The notes: generated by a model not told the origin, from the sequence alone. DNA of 64,000 nucleotides from Utricularia gibba (GCA_002189035.1 CM007990.1:2418001-2482000); one strand, 5' to 3'; numbered from the stretch's first letter, positions 39,721 through 53,700 are shown. A program made the numbers and translations.

Positions 39721-40592
39721 ATATATTTATAAAAATAATTCTACATTAAACAACTAGCAAATGTAAGCATATAGTGGAATTAGGGTTAGTTACGAAAAAC
39801 AAAGTGCTTGTTACATAAAAGTTAATATATTTTGTTTGTTACAATATGATAGTAACTTTAAACAAGGGTTAATAAAGTACAAATATGATTTTCTACAAAT
39901 ACACATAGTGAAATAAATCAGATTACATTAAATATAAGGTGATATTTTAGAGTTCAAGGGATATGTCACTTCTCACCAATCTCAATATAACCGAAGATGA
40001 ATTTCCTTTTTCTAACAAGAGATTTTTAAACATTTGACATTTCTTAGAAATCTAAAATTTTTCTGAATTTGGAGTATTGATTTAGACATACATAGTCTAT
40101 CAAATTGTTTCAGAACGAGCTCAATGGGCCTAAGACTATTTCCAGAAAACAAGCAATAAGCTGAAGTAAATGTGCCTCCCCAGCCCAACAAGACCACTAA
40201 GCCTGAAACGTTGTGCTTGTTGGAGGGTGAAGGAGGAATTGACTCAGATTCTCAACAACAGGAGGAGAAATGGCGAGAAATCAGAAACCCGATGGAGACG
40301 CATGAATTCTCCGACCACTGTAAGAAAGAAGAAGAGATGGAGCCCACCACGACTTGTCTGGCCCTCAACTTGAGAGAGGGAGAATCATGTGTGCAAATCA
40401 ACATGCAGAGCTGGAGTAAATGCAGTAGATTTAAGGAGTAATGGTAACATCTCAACGGATAGAAACCACGCCTATAAATATGTGATATTGATGCTGTATC
40501 AAGAACAAGCCAATTACGAAGTCTCAAAAGCCGTTCACAACACATAAACCATACTCACAATCCCTCCTCGACACAAAAACAGTCTTCCAACA

Positions 40593-40610
40593 TGGTGAAC
40601 CCGACGTGAA
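40593..40610 (+). other. Primer binding site complementary to cytosolic tRNA-Trp
   Basis: TGGTGAACCCGACGTGAA immediately follows the 5' LTR and is the reverse complement of the plant tRNA-Trp 3' end as recalled (..TTCACGTCGGGTTCACCA). Confidence 0.85.
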
Positions 40611-42208
40611 ACCTGGCTGCTCTGCGCACCAATTCTGAAACATTCTATGTCCTCATACTTGATTTTCTTGCTAGCACATCTCTCACCTAAAATCTCAGCA
40701 TGAGCTCAATAGACGGTCCTCCTGTATTCGACGGCCAAAATTATCTAGTTTGGGCCAAACTCATGGAAGACTTCCTAGACCTTCACGATCTGTGGAGTGT
40801 CTTTGAAGGAGTGCTAGTCTCAAACCCTGAATCAGAAGAGTCAAAGAGATTAATCAAAAGGGCGAAGGTGATGTTGGGGAAAGCAGTTACTGACGACGTC
40901 TATAAGAGGATTCTACTATGTTCTGGACCCAAGGAAGCTTGGGATAAACTCAAAGAAATTTATGGCAAGGATCAACACTCTCAGAAAATAGAGATCTCTC
41001 ACCTATGGAGCAGATTTGAGAATCTCACCTCAACACCAGGTATGAATATCTCACAATTTTCAGATCATCTCACTAATGCTGTCTTGCAGCTGCAACTCAT
41101 AGGAGAAAAGGTGGAGGACGAGAGAATCAAAAGGAAAATAATTAGTGCTGTACCTCGTGCCTACACTTAGATCATCTCCAGTTTCAGGGTTAACCACACG
41201 CTCCACTCCATGACATCCAATGAACTATTGGACAGCGTGAAAGAAGAGGAAATAGAAAATCCTCATGGACCTACCATCTCTGATGATCTGGCATTTCAAA
41301 CTTCTGGACTCTCAAGTATGCCAAGTAATCCAACTGGGTCCGTAGCAGCTAACATGAGCCTCAGAGAATCTGTACTTCAACAGAGCAAGCCTAAGAAATA
41401 AGGACCTCTCCCTCCGTGTACCTACTGCAAGCAAAAAAATCACTTACCGAACAATTTTTGGTGGCATCCTAAATCACTTTGTTTATACTGCAAACTAACT
41501 GGTCACCTGGACAGGGTGTGCCCTCTGAAAAAGGATCACCAACTGAGTGGCAAGAAGTTGGAAGCTGTAAAAAATGTAGCTCTCATGCTCAACCATGTAA
41601 AAGTAACTGAGGATTCGAACAAGCAGAATATTGAACTCTATTCTCTGTGCCACAATACCCTAATTACCTCTTTCACCGATATGAGAAAGAGCGGTGTGTG
41701 GCTGATAGATAGTGGGTGTAGTCATCACGTGGCAAATGACAGAAATATATTCACCTCGTTTATCGCCCTATATGAAAAAACTATCAAGGTGGCTAATGGG
41801 CAGCACATCTCTGTGAGAGGATAAGGCAATGTATGTTTGGAAACTCCTCATAAAATAATCAAAATCTCAGATGTATATTATGTACTTGAGGTGTCTCACA
41901 ATCTCATCAGCTCCGGCCAACTCCTAGAACGAGGATTCAAAGTGCATTTAGAAGCTGGAGAATGTATCCTCATAGATGCCCAATCCAACATTTTGCTGGT
42001 GACACCCATGATAAACCAGATATTTTCCTTCGTCTCTTTACCAGCAACCTATCCCTCCGAAATCAGCCTGTCAGCCATTACAGAATCGAAACTATGGCAC
42101 AGACGGATGGGTCATCAACATTATGCCTCACTAAACTCTATGAGTAAGAAAAGACTAGCCGTGGGGATACCTGATTTATCTCATACTGAAGACAATTGCA
42201 GTACGTGT

Positions 42209-45040
42209 TGTTAAGTGTCATTTTCTTATTATTTCTTAGGTTGTTTTTATGTTTAAATGTGATTAGAAATGTCTAATTAGGAATCTATAATATGATATTT
42301 GAGTTTTTATCTAATTTAAGGTAATTATTCTAAATCTTATATTTTATCTATTAATTTACTAGTTTTAATTGAGTTTTTCTAGAGGTGCACATATGGCAGG
42401 AAGTGAGAGAAGGAGGACATCAGATGGCGACAAATTGGATTTTCCCGAGCTGACATTCCCTTGATTTCCGGAAGACTGCAAATGCTTAATCATGAGCCTT
42501 GATGTGCGGAACACGGGAGTCTCTGATAGGCGACATCATTAGCGTACCAGTGTCAGACGTTGCTTGCAAGTCATCCCAAGTTCAGCAGAATCACAAGAAC
42601 ACGAAATCTCAGACTCTCATTGAAGTTCCATTCTATTCAGACGTTAGAGAGGAGAGTTAGTTTAGTTTTACTTTTAGTTAGTTTTCTCTTTCTAGAGGAA
42701 TTCTCCTCTAGCTTCTCTCTAGAACCTTGTTTCGTTTTCTTTAGTTTGTATGGCTGTTTGTGGCTAGAAACTTCTGTTTCTGGGTTGGAATACAACCAGA
42801 TCTATGTTTTGTTAGCTTATCTTCACATTTTCTCTGAATCCGAACGGGTTTTGTATGTCTTCGCGTGCCTATGTTGCAATCTTTCTGTAACAGTCCCCTT
42901 ATTCAAGATTCATGGTTAGCTGATCACTACCCGCGGATTTTGGAGAGGAGCAAGGTGGAAAGCACCAACTCGAGCCCTTTTCGCAGGAGGAAGAAAACGT
43001 TTTGTCTGTGGCCGTACCTCAAGATCAATGGACAAGTAATGACCTCGTATCTGGACTCATTGGGTCATTGGCAACACTCGGGCACACACGCGCAATTCGG
43101 CCGTGAGGGTACGCTGGCAGTACCTCTTATTCTCACGTTCGTCCAAGGAGGAGCAACATCGGGCTATTCTCGTGCCTTCTTGCAAGAGAGTGTAAGGGAG
43201 GGTAGGCAATTCCTTACTCCTGTAACCGAGCCTGAGATCTTATTGAGAAGTTCTATATCCTTTAGACCAAGAGGTGGAACGAAACTTTCTTGCCAAAAAG
43301 AGAGAGCAGTCGTCCTATTCAACCACTAGAGACATCATGGCAGCACATGTACCCGTTGGAGTATCAGTAGTGAGAACAACCTCATGGAAACTTTCCAGTA
43401 CTAGCTCCCACTAACTATGGACCAGCACTACGAAGCATCAAGGAGGCAATCACTGCAAATCATTCAGATCGTCCCTTATGCATCATCTTTGATGGAGAAG
43501 AAGACTATGAGCTACGTCCTTACTTATTCTAGACGCTTCCAAAGTTTGCTGGAAGGGAAAATGATGACCCTAACCGTCATCTACGTGAGTTGCAAACGGC
43601 TTGTGCATCCATGTGCCCAAGGGAGCCATGGAGAATCAAGTCAAACTCAGAGTATTTCCCTTTAGTCTTACGAACGAGCTTTGGAGTGGCTCTATGGACT
43701 TCCACCTTCATCTATCGCCACATGGGAGCAGATGGTTCAAAAGTTCTTGGATCGCTATGCACCACTAGGAAGAGCTTCATCCGAAAGGAGATCCTCAACA
43801 ACCATGATGCAGAGTGAAGGAGAAAACTTGCAGGAGTATTATGATCATTTCAACCGAATCTGCAACTCCTACTCTCAGCATGGACTCACTAAAGGCCAGA
43901 TCTTGCAGCACTTCTATGAAGGATTGACTTCTATGATCCGAGGACAGATGGATGCCGCTTGTAATGAATCATTATTAGCAAACCGTCACAGTGCTGATGC
44001 CCACGGACTCATTGAACAGATGGCTGCTAATTCCTATTCCACAGCTAATCGTTATGACAACTCCCACATAGACCACTTGGTGGAAACATTGGAACAGTGA
44101 AAGCGGTCTATGGAGCGGACAACTCAGAAGTATTGGCTCAACTTGCAGCAATGAGCGACACGTTGAAATTTGGTCTTCAAGCCTTGCTTCAACAAAGGGA
44201 AGGATATCAAGGAGCCTCAAGTTCTATGCCCTCTCACTTTGACTGTGGATTGAGAGTTCCTGAAATGCCGGTGGAAAAAGTCAATGCCTTTTATCAATAC
44301 CAAGGAGGATGCACAACTATGGAAATTATCAGATGCCTTGAAGAGACCATCCTGGTTTTTGTTGAAGACAGCTAGCACCTCCTGGTCAAGCACCATCACT
44401 AGGGAACCCACCTGGTATTCCTCAGAAGACTATCACTGGACCACCCCAACCATTGCAGATAACCGGACCTCCAGAACAACTCATGGTTCCATATCAACCG
44501 AATCACAGTTTAGAGGCCATGGTCAAATCTCTTGCTGAAAGCACCTCCAAGATGCATGCGGAGCAGAAGGACATGAAGGGCCAAATCACAAGTATTCAAG
44601 GCCAGATTTCTCAACTCGCGCAGGCAATGAACCGTTTGGAAACAAAAGGAGGATTACCATCACAACCAGTGCAGAACCCAGAGCACATCAATGCTATCTC
44701 GCTGAGAAGTGGAATGGACCTACCAGACCCTTACCCATGGTTCACGAAGAAGCTGGACAGATCCGAAGAAAAGGAGCTGGAGGTCATAGACAGTGATTCT
44801 GATGTTGATGAAGAAATCATTGGTGAGGATCTAGATGACTCACCAGTACAGAACAATGATGTCCCGAAGCCACTCGAAGATGTGCAGGAGAAGGAGACAA
44901 GTGAAATTCCTCAGGCCAAGCCTTTGGTTATACCGCCACCCTTCCCGATGAGGCTTCGAAGAAGGAACAAGGAGGAGAAAAGATTGAAAAATTTTATGGA
45001 AATGATGATGAAGGTTAATGTTTCTATTCCTATTCCACAG
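42209..45040 (+). mobile_element. Athila-type Gypsy, 5' half (LTR about 42209-43158 plus gag), nested in the Copia
   Basis: TGTT..AACA LTR. Retrotrans_gag motifs (WLYGLPPSSIATWEQMVQKFL, LQHFYEGL, QGQISQLA, ISLRSG). Truncated at about 45030-45052, where the Copia integrase resumes (APYTPEQNG). Confidence 0.85.
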
Positions 45041-47920
45041 CCAATCCCTATGCCCCCTACACACCTGAGCAAAATGGGATTTGTGAAAGAAAAAATCGCG
45101 CAATCATGAACATGGCAAGATGTTTGATGTATGAGAAAGGCATACCTCTGTGCTTTTGGGGGAGGCAGTGAATACTGCCGTGTACTTGCTCAATCGGCTC
45201 CCCTCCAAAGGTTCTAAGGATGGAAGATCACCATATGAAATCTGGTTTGACATAGCACCGACCTGTCTCACATCACAATCTTTGGATCCCTGTGCTTTAT
45301 TCACATTCCTAAAGAGAAAAGGTCCAAGTTAGACCTGAAATCAGATTTGGGTATTTTACTGGGATATGGTGATACCTGTAAGGCGTACAGAGTTCTCAAC
45401 ATCCGGACCAACAGAGTGGACTTGAGCAGAGATGTGATGGTCGATGAAAACAGAACCTGTGACTGGACCAAATCTACGCTAGCCTCCAAAACTGTGCACT
45501 ACCCTTCAGCCATCTTGAACCTTTTTCCACGAACTGAGGAGGAAGACACATTCTCAATCTCCGCCTCCAACCTTCCTACTCCTCCTCAAGGAGTTACTCA
45601 TCCCAGCTCCCTACTTCCTCCAAACTCCAGCGATTTTGTGACTGGAGCAGTGAATTCTCCTGAGCCAGATCAGTCGCTTGATGTGTATGTCTCCATAAAT
45701 TCGGATACTAGGGATGCCCATACTGGTGACAACACCGAGACACTAGACAACTATCAAATGAACGAGGAATCATGTCTGCAATACTCGAAGACTGACCTAG
45801 AAAATCCTGCCTTAGATGAAGATGTGATAGATCGTGTCGCCACCGAGCTTCGCTCCTAGACTCCTGCAAGAAATCCCTGAAACTGAGACTCGTGCAGATG
45901 AAAATGAAGAAGAACAAGGTCTTTAAAGCAATTATAATCCCCATTTTCTCAGTAACAGTCCAGGAAAAAATGAAGACTACCATGATGAAGGTGATAGGCC
46001 CCTGCTGATCAAGTACAAAAATATTGCAGAGATCCTCGACAAATATTTCTTAATAAACAAACTCCTGATAAACAGACCCGACAAGGCTAAAGTTTTGGGA
46101 CTCAAGTGGATCCTGAAACCTAAGTTGAATCTTGATTCTACGATAAACAAATTGAAATCAAGGATAGTTGCACTCGGGTACCTGCAATCAAGCTCATAAT
46201 AGCCATGGCTGCCAGTCTTGGATAGAAATTATATCACCTCGATATCAAATGTGCGTTCCTCAATGGAGACCTGCACCAAGATGTATATGTGCATCCTCCC
46301 CATGGTTTTGAAATAAAGGATGGCAAGAACAAAGTGCTGAAGTTAAAAAAGACTCTTTATGGTTTGAAGCAAGTACCTAAGGAGTGGTATGCCACCATTG
46401 ATGCCTATTTCATAGAACAAGGATATTTGAGGAGCAAAAATGACACTACCTTGTATATCTTGGAGAACTATAGAGGCAAAGTCGTGATTACGCTGTATGT
46501 TGATGATATACTGGTCACTGGTAACAACTCAGAACTTATAGAAGAGCAGAAGACAAATTTGAAAAACTAGTTTGAGCTCACTGACCTAGGACTCACCTGT
46601 TACTTCCTTGGCATGGAAATCTTGCAAGGAGAAGATTATATATTCCCTAAACTAGAAGAAATACACGGAGGACATTATCTCAAGATTTGGGCATCAACAC
46701 GCTAAGGACAGTTCGGTTCCCTTTCCTCCTAACAGCAAACAGAAACTCAAAAACCTGGATGATAATTGGAGCGACCCCCTAACATTCCAGCAAAAAATGG
46801 TGCGTTGATGTATCTGTCAGCTACCCAACCGTATATCACTTTTGCTGTGTCCTTCCTCTCCAGGTATATGCATCATCCACACACTACTATGCACATGGAG
46901 GTGCCAAAAAAAATAATACTTTACCTAAAGTCTACTCTGAACCTCGGACTGTATTTCAAGAAAGGGACTAAGATAGATCTGCAGGGATTCGCAGATGCAG
47001 ATTTTGCAGGGGATGAAACAAACTATTGCTCCACAACCGGATATCTCTTCCACCTCGATTCAGCAGCATTCTCCTAGAACAATAGGAAACAAGGCAACCT
47101 AGCTCAGTCATCTGCGGAGTTGGAATATATAGCAGCAGCTACTGCTGTGAATCACGCTCAATGGCTCTCAAGCTTTGTGAAGACTTAAAGATCAACATCA
47201 AGAAATCGATAGTACTCAAAATTGACAACAAATCAGCGATCAGTATAGCCCAAAATCCGGTGATGTTTGGAAGAACCAAACATGTCAAAATCAAGTATCA
47301 CGTTCTCAAAGACTATGTCAAGGAAGGTTCCATTAAGCTGGATTACATACCTTCTGAAGAACAGCCCGCAAATATCTTAACAAAATGCCTATTTCCGAAG
47401 AATTTTAACCGCATCCAAAATCTTCTAGGGCTACGGTTGAATCCACTGCTCACTGCATCATAATCCAAATTCCTTCATCAAGGAGGAATGTTGGAGGGTG
47501 AAGAAGGAATTGAGTCAGTTTCTCAACAACAGGAGGAGAAATGGCGAGAAATCAGAAATCCAATGGAGACGCGTGCATTCTCTGACCACTGTAAGAAAGA
47601 AGAAGAGATGGACGATTGGGCCTCGGCGATTGAAACCTCACTTGAAATGGTCCACAAGTAATGAAGCCCACTGTGACTTGTCTGGCTCACAACCTGAGAG
47701 AGGGAGAATCGTGTGTGCAAATCAACATGCAAGGCTGGAGTAAATGTAGCAGATTTAGTAGTAATGGTAAATTCTCAACGGATAGAAACCATGCCAATAA
47801 ATATGTGATAGTGATGCTACATCAAGAAAAGGCTAGTTAAGAAATCTCAAAATCCATTCACAACACATAAACCATACTTACAATCCCTCCTCAACACAAA
47901 ATCAGTCTTTCAACAGTGCT

Positions 47921-50040
47921 TAACAGCCTGCGGAGAAGAAAACAAGATTCGTGTTCGATCGCGGAGCCGACGATGCCTCGGGATACTCCGCCGCTTCCAA
48001 CTGCATGTCATTCACATTGCGCAGTAGTAACGTACTTTCAGTTAGGGAACACTTTCAGAGCTAAGGCTGTCTAACCCCTTGGAGCATGGCGTTTTCTACA
48101 GCTGCTGCTCTTCCCTGCACGCTACCACTCGAACACAAGATGGAGATTACAACTTTTTTTCAATTTGCGATGATCATAACTCTGATTGGTCGGAGTAAAG
48201 ACGGCGGTTCAATTCCCGTTGGGAAAGAGCCGATATATCGATCTATATGTGGTGTGTAACCGCTATGAGAAAAAGAAAAACCTAGAGAAAATCTCGTTAA
48301 TTACAAACTACGCAAGATTATGAATGGATTCGAAACAGCCCAAATCCTGATGTTGTGGAGCGACAAGAGTTCAATGAGAGGGAATCTGCAAACCAGCAGA
48401 ATAGCTAAGCCATGCACGCCATTTGTTCTTCTTCGCATTGTCATTCATGGCTTCCACCTGACGCTGCTTCTTGTGTAGAGCGAACATCCGCGATCCAATG
48501 CCCCTGATCTCCTACTCGAGGCTCAATCCTACCGCCATGAAACACAACAGACATATTATAACCGTCACAGATCGTCATGACTAGGCATACTATCACGTGT
48601 CTTGATGCGAATGATCATGAATCATCATCCCCATAAATGGATTTTTTTGAAAACATTTGCACCAAGAAAACAAGAAAAACTGATACACATTGATATTACT
48701 GAACTCCATGTACCAGCATCAGGGAATGGAAAGCTTACCATAATGGGAATCCGCAAAACACAGGTCGAATTCCTTTGAATGGACACCAGGGGTGGAAACC
48801 GACTCTGACGGGCGTAGTGCTTCAGGGTCTTCTTGATTACGTCGTTGACGGAGTCATATCCATTGACTATGCATCTAATCAACCGATTTTATTGATTCAG
48901 GTAATGATACAGCATCTAAAGATCCCTTCTTCCATCAAAGCCATTCGATGTTGGGTATCACTGATGAACGTTGGAATGGGTTGCTAAATGTCGCGATCTA
49001 GCACATTCAATACATCAAAATAAATTTATAAACCTAGCTATTTTACTACATAAATCACAGGAATTATTGTAGTGTGGTAACCAAGGGTAGAATCCACAAG
49101 GAATGGTTGCAATTTCCTAAAGTTTATCACATTTATTGAAAACAGGGGGTTTTCTGGGGTTTAGTTATAACGTGGGTAAGACTTCAAATAACAGTGATTG
49201 AAAGAAACGAGTTGCAGGGATGAAGAGACACTGAAATTAATGCGAATGCATAGGAAACATAAAATAAAAGTTTATTTTACTGGGTTTTACACTAGGGTCT
49301 AGCTCTTGTGTCACTCAAGAGAGCTCATAGGCTTAAACTCAGCTTTAAAATGCTTAAAAACAGTGCAAGGGTTCTTAGGAACAGTAAAAAGCACGTTAAA
49401 CTTAGGATCGAGCACGAAAAAGGTAAGCAACAACATGTTCATAAAGTGAAAGAAGGTCTATAGAGGATTTATCGTTCACGACAAGGTGCAAGAACATAAC
49501 ATAAGGCATGAAAATGCATAAAGTAATAGCAGCGAGTTCGTCAACGTGGGTAGCTTCTCTCTCCATTCTTTTTCTCTTTTGCAGCTCAAAAGTAAGGGTA
49601 GCTTCGTCTTTTCCTCAAGCTTCTAGAAGGGAGATCTCTGCTCCAAATCTTATCTTTTCAGAAGGGCGGCTACTTTCGACGGAAAGTGACTTTTGCACAG
49701 CTTTTTTGTCCCTTTTGACTTGTGAACGTGAAAAATGCGCTGCTACAATACTAACTCTTACCCTGTTAAGACTTAAAACACAGACTAGATGAAATATTAC
49801 AGTTTTCAGCTCAATTGTTGTCAATTGAGCCTGTTTTAACAAGAAACACATTTTAACAGTCTAAATACACAAAGAAGAGAATTTAGCACACTAAACAACA
49901 TTTAACCCTACAAAGCACACTTAAAAACATATATAAAACACAATAAAAACGGTGTTATCAATCACTTGATGGGCATGAATTTCGAGCAATCTCAGAAACA
50001 TGGATATTCACCAGCTACTTATTCATCTTGGCTAGAGATC
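47921..50040 (-). mobile_element. Old chromovirus-type gag/protease relic (continues at about 40000-40212), host of the Copia and of the solo LTR
   Basis: Minus-strand WL..PES.K..QW..EFDLCF..YGKL gag-like motifs read across the solo-LTR TSD. Confidence 0.5.
48962..49960 (-). mobile_element. Solo LTR (999 bp)
   Basis: TGAT..ATCA ends and perfect TSD ATCAC (48957-48961 / 49961-49965). Confidence 0.88.
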
Positions 50041-50599
50041 ATTATAGAAAGACCACAATATATGTAGACATGTGGAATTGATGATTAATCACAAAACATG
50101 AAAAATGGAAATTTAGCTATGAATGACCATTGTAAAACAAGAAATTCAAAGTAAGCTAAAATTCTTTCTTAAGAGGAAGAAGAAAATGAATAGCATAGAG
50201 CAAAAGTCAAAGAAACATAAAAAACTGAAGGTTGAAAGGTTCCTAGTCTAGACACACATTCCCTCTGCAATCCAATTGTTTACATTGTATATCTTATAGG
50301 AAACAAGATTTTCTACTCTAATGCAACAACACAATAATTATTTCTTTTATCAATTGCAATCTTATTGCACGTATCATAACTTATCATCAAGATCTTGTTC
50401 TTTTGTTAGAAATCTTGGAAAATATTCCTTTTACTATTAGATAGTCATGGCATGATTCTAATCATCTATCCATGTTTATTTATCTTGCCACATGCTATTG
50501 ATAAACTGAAAATTTCACGTCATCGTTCAAAATACTAATTTATGTACCAAATAAATTTATAAACTTAATTGTCTATCAAACAATAAAGAAATATAAGTA

Positions 50600-50895
50600 T
50601 ATAATGACTAATGTCCCACCCTCTCCTTGCATAATACTATCCGCTTCAGGCTCTCAACCTCATGGTTTTATGTGCTCTCCTTCCTAGGAAAAGATCTTAT
50701 GCAAGATTAAGAAATTTCCTTTTACATAAATTGTCCTATCCTGTTCATAATCGATATGACATTTACCTAAGGTCCTTACACCCTTCTTTATGCTGGCTCC
50801 TTTGCCCCTTTGGAAACTCAGCATCCTCATTGAGGTTTGCCCATCATCAGCTACATGCCCAAAGTTGACTCTGATACCAAATGTAATGGCTCTCT
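50600..50895 (-). mobile_element. TRIM-like non-coding retroelement, one LTR truncated
   Basis: A short LTR of about 180 bp, an internal region of about 100 bp, Met PBS (GACTCTGATACCA, 50867-50879) and TGTAA at 50882. Confidence 0.55.
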
Positions 50896-52479
50896 AATAG
50901 ATAGATAATTTTAAAAATGTCGCAAGCTTAAAGATCGTCCCTATTAAAAATAATTTTTATTCTGAACATACAATTTACAAAGAATTTAATATAGTAGTAA
51001 ATTCAAGATGATCCACAAAAAACAGAACATTCCACGGAACGACATGCAATATGAAGACAAGGCAAAGATATTTATATGTTAGTGATAGAGAGTGCAATCA
51101 TTTCATACCACTAACACTATCTTCTCTTAATTAGAAATCCAAGCCCCTTAATCTCTCACATAATGCCTGATGATTAAATTTAAAGACACTAATAATTAGC
51201 TATAATTCAAGTATACTTTTTAAATATATTTAATCATCTTAAAAATATTTCTTATAATTTAAATATGAAATAGTGAAAATCCATTATTATCCTTTAATAA
51301 AATCTATTTGAGTTAGAAATCAAGACTCGACGAATTGAATTCTAGGTAAGTTCAGATTAAACTTAATCTATATAAAAAAATCAAAAGTCACAATTATTTT
51401 ATAATAAATATAATTAAAATTAATAAACATGATTCAAATTCAATTATAAATTATGAATAAAGAAAATAATCCATTGAAATCATTTTTAAAACAATAAATT
51501 TTGGCACATGTATCATCTATTTGTAGGTTGTTTCATTAGTTTTCTTTTTTTAAATAACTTACTTTGGCATATTTTACTTTTTTAAAAAAAATTATCTAAT
51601 TTGTTGATATATTTATTATTTTTGTGTTTATTAATATTTGATTAAAATTATGGTTTAAAGCAAATTATTTTTGAATTTAATTAGAAGCTATTTTAGATTT
51701 GAAATGGAAAAAAAAATTGCTCATTCTCGAGCCTGGCTCAAATTGGCTGAACACGTGGTGACAAAGAGAAGGAGATGATAAACAAGTAAAAAACGTTTCA
51801 AACCAACCACATGTTGAAACGTTTATGTTGTGCAAGCGCAAGAAGTAAAAGTGCAAGAAATAAAGGTCTAGAAAATAAAATATTCAGCAAGTTTATCCAT
51901 CTCTTCTTGAATAACTAATTGCAAGACTTCTTTTCCTTCCGTCTTTGTCTCAAACTTGCTTGACAGAACTTTTGAATTTCAAAATTTTGTTCTAGCTGGA
52001 ACTCCTCTTCATCTTTCTCGTCCATCAGAAAATGCAGTTCTTCTCCTCAAAAAATCACTGGAAATTTTACTTTTGCAAGGAGAGACCCCCTTATCATCTT
52101 TGGAGACGCCCTACAGAATCCTCCCTTGCATTGTGATTATTTTTTTTCTTATATACATGCAATTAGATCATGCTAGTCTATCCCTCATCATAATAGTCAG
52201 AGTTGCCGGTATCTTGTTTTTCGTGTGTAGTAGATCACCTTTTTTTTTATGACACTTGATAAGAAAATGTATTTCTTTTAAATTCAGCTTCCCATGTATA
52301 CCTTTAATTCTGCTTTTGTCCCTATTCTAAAAATATCTTTGTAAAGTGAGCCTATTCAAGTTTAATTCGTGCAAATTGGAGTCCATGTGCTTTAGACTAT
52401 TTCCCTTCCTAATGCAAGCATTTATGCACTATTTTTACTACAATCTAATTATAAAAACATCAAAATAAACCATAACTCA

Positions 52480-52578
52480 CCCACCCTTTCTTTGTACTAA
52501 AATATTTGCTTTGGGCAGCACTCATGGTTTTACGTTTTCCCCTTCTTGGGAAAAGGCCTCACCATAGCTCTGATACCG
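52480..52578 (-). repeat. Second TRIM fragment (partial LTR fused to a Met PBS)
   Basis: CTCATGGTTTTA..GGAAAAG shared with 50655-50695. GCTCTGATACC at 52567-52577. Confidence 0.4.
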
Positions 52579-52699
52579 AATCTAATTTATTTGTCCCACA
52601 TACAAAACATCCCAGGATTGCGAATCGCACACATATTTTTTCACACATCAACATCTACAAAATGATAGAAAGTAAGAGTTTCAGAGGCCGATCATAAAT

Positions 52700-53700
52700 G
52701 GACAACAGGTGCTAACATTGGTGGTGGCGTACGCTTCCGGGTGACGGATGATGAGAGCAAACTGTGAGGTGTGGGGTGTTTCGTAATGCGGTGTTGTTGG
52801 TGCATTTATGGCTGGAAGAGTAGGTGAATAGATGCAATTACTTAATATTCTGGGGAAAGATAACATATCAAGTATCATGAAATCACGCTGGCAGAGAGTT
52901 AAATACTCATTATAGTTAAAAACTATCATAATTATTAATTGTAATCATAAAGAATAGACAACGAAGCTCTGTATAGGGATTGTCAATGGTGCGGTGTTTC
53001 TCACATTGCTCCACACCAAAAGCACAATGGGACACAATATGAGCATTGTGGTGGTGCTTGGTGCATGTGTACTTCACTCACACTTCACATGAAAGCACCA
53101 CATGTTATGCATTGGAGTGCCATACATACAAATTTGTGCAATTCACCCACGAAACTCCTGCGAAACACCAGCACACAACATAATACAGTGTTGAGCTGTA
53201 CATACATCTAACTATCGGGGCCCAAAACCGGATACACGCATCATACGGTGCTCTGCTTTATTAGCTCCAGCCACCTCAATTACACATTTCACCATGTGAC
53301 ATAGGCTGCATGCACAGTAAATGCATGTAATACACATTCGAAATGTATACAATTCCACAATATTGAACTCTCCGTATCAAATTGAAAATTAATTAATTAT
53401 CTTGACTAATGGACTCTCTCAAACATGAAAGATGCAACACTATGCGTGCAGTTCGGACACCAAGAAAACAATACACAATCACTGCTTTGCGAATCTGTAG
53501 TGTGCGACCCACTCATCATACATACGCTCAGCTTGCTCATCTCACCACACATTTCATGAATGGCTAGAGCCAATTGTACTTTCACATCTTCCACATCAGT
53601 ATTGTCACTAGTGTCATCACATAATCTGGTGACACCTCACTCCCCCAAGGGATCGACAATCATTTCTTTCCTAATAAGGTTGTGTAGTAGGCCACATACT
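52700..53700 (+). mobile_element. Possible MuDR/MULE transposase relic
   Basis: Weak: a degenerate C..C.QFGH knuckle near 53430-53470 and VF...H-like motifs. Confidence 0.3.

Larger units (their letters stand above)
40218..47915 (+). mobile_element. Full-boundary Ty1/Copia (Ivana-like) with a tRNA-Trp PBS, carrying a nested Athila
   Basis: LTRs 40218-40592 and 47489-47915 (about 90% identical by eye, plus a 52-bp indel), TSD GTGCT and PPT TCAAGGAGGAA. Gag ORF 40700-41170, double zinc knuckle, WLIDSGC protease, LYVDD RT and IDNKSAI RNase H. Confidence 0.93.

Noticed and set aside
40170-40545. ORFs at 40170-40545 and 47498-47743
   Set aside because: They lie in the Copia LTRs, and their frames are not conserved between the two LTR copies.
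50867-50879. Met PBS as the start of the chromovirus relic at 47921-50040
   Set aside because: The surrounding short LTR and 100-bp internal region fit a TRIM better.
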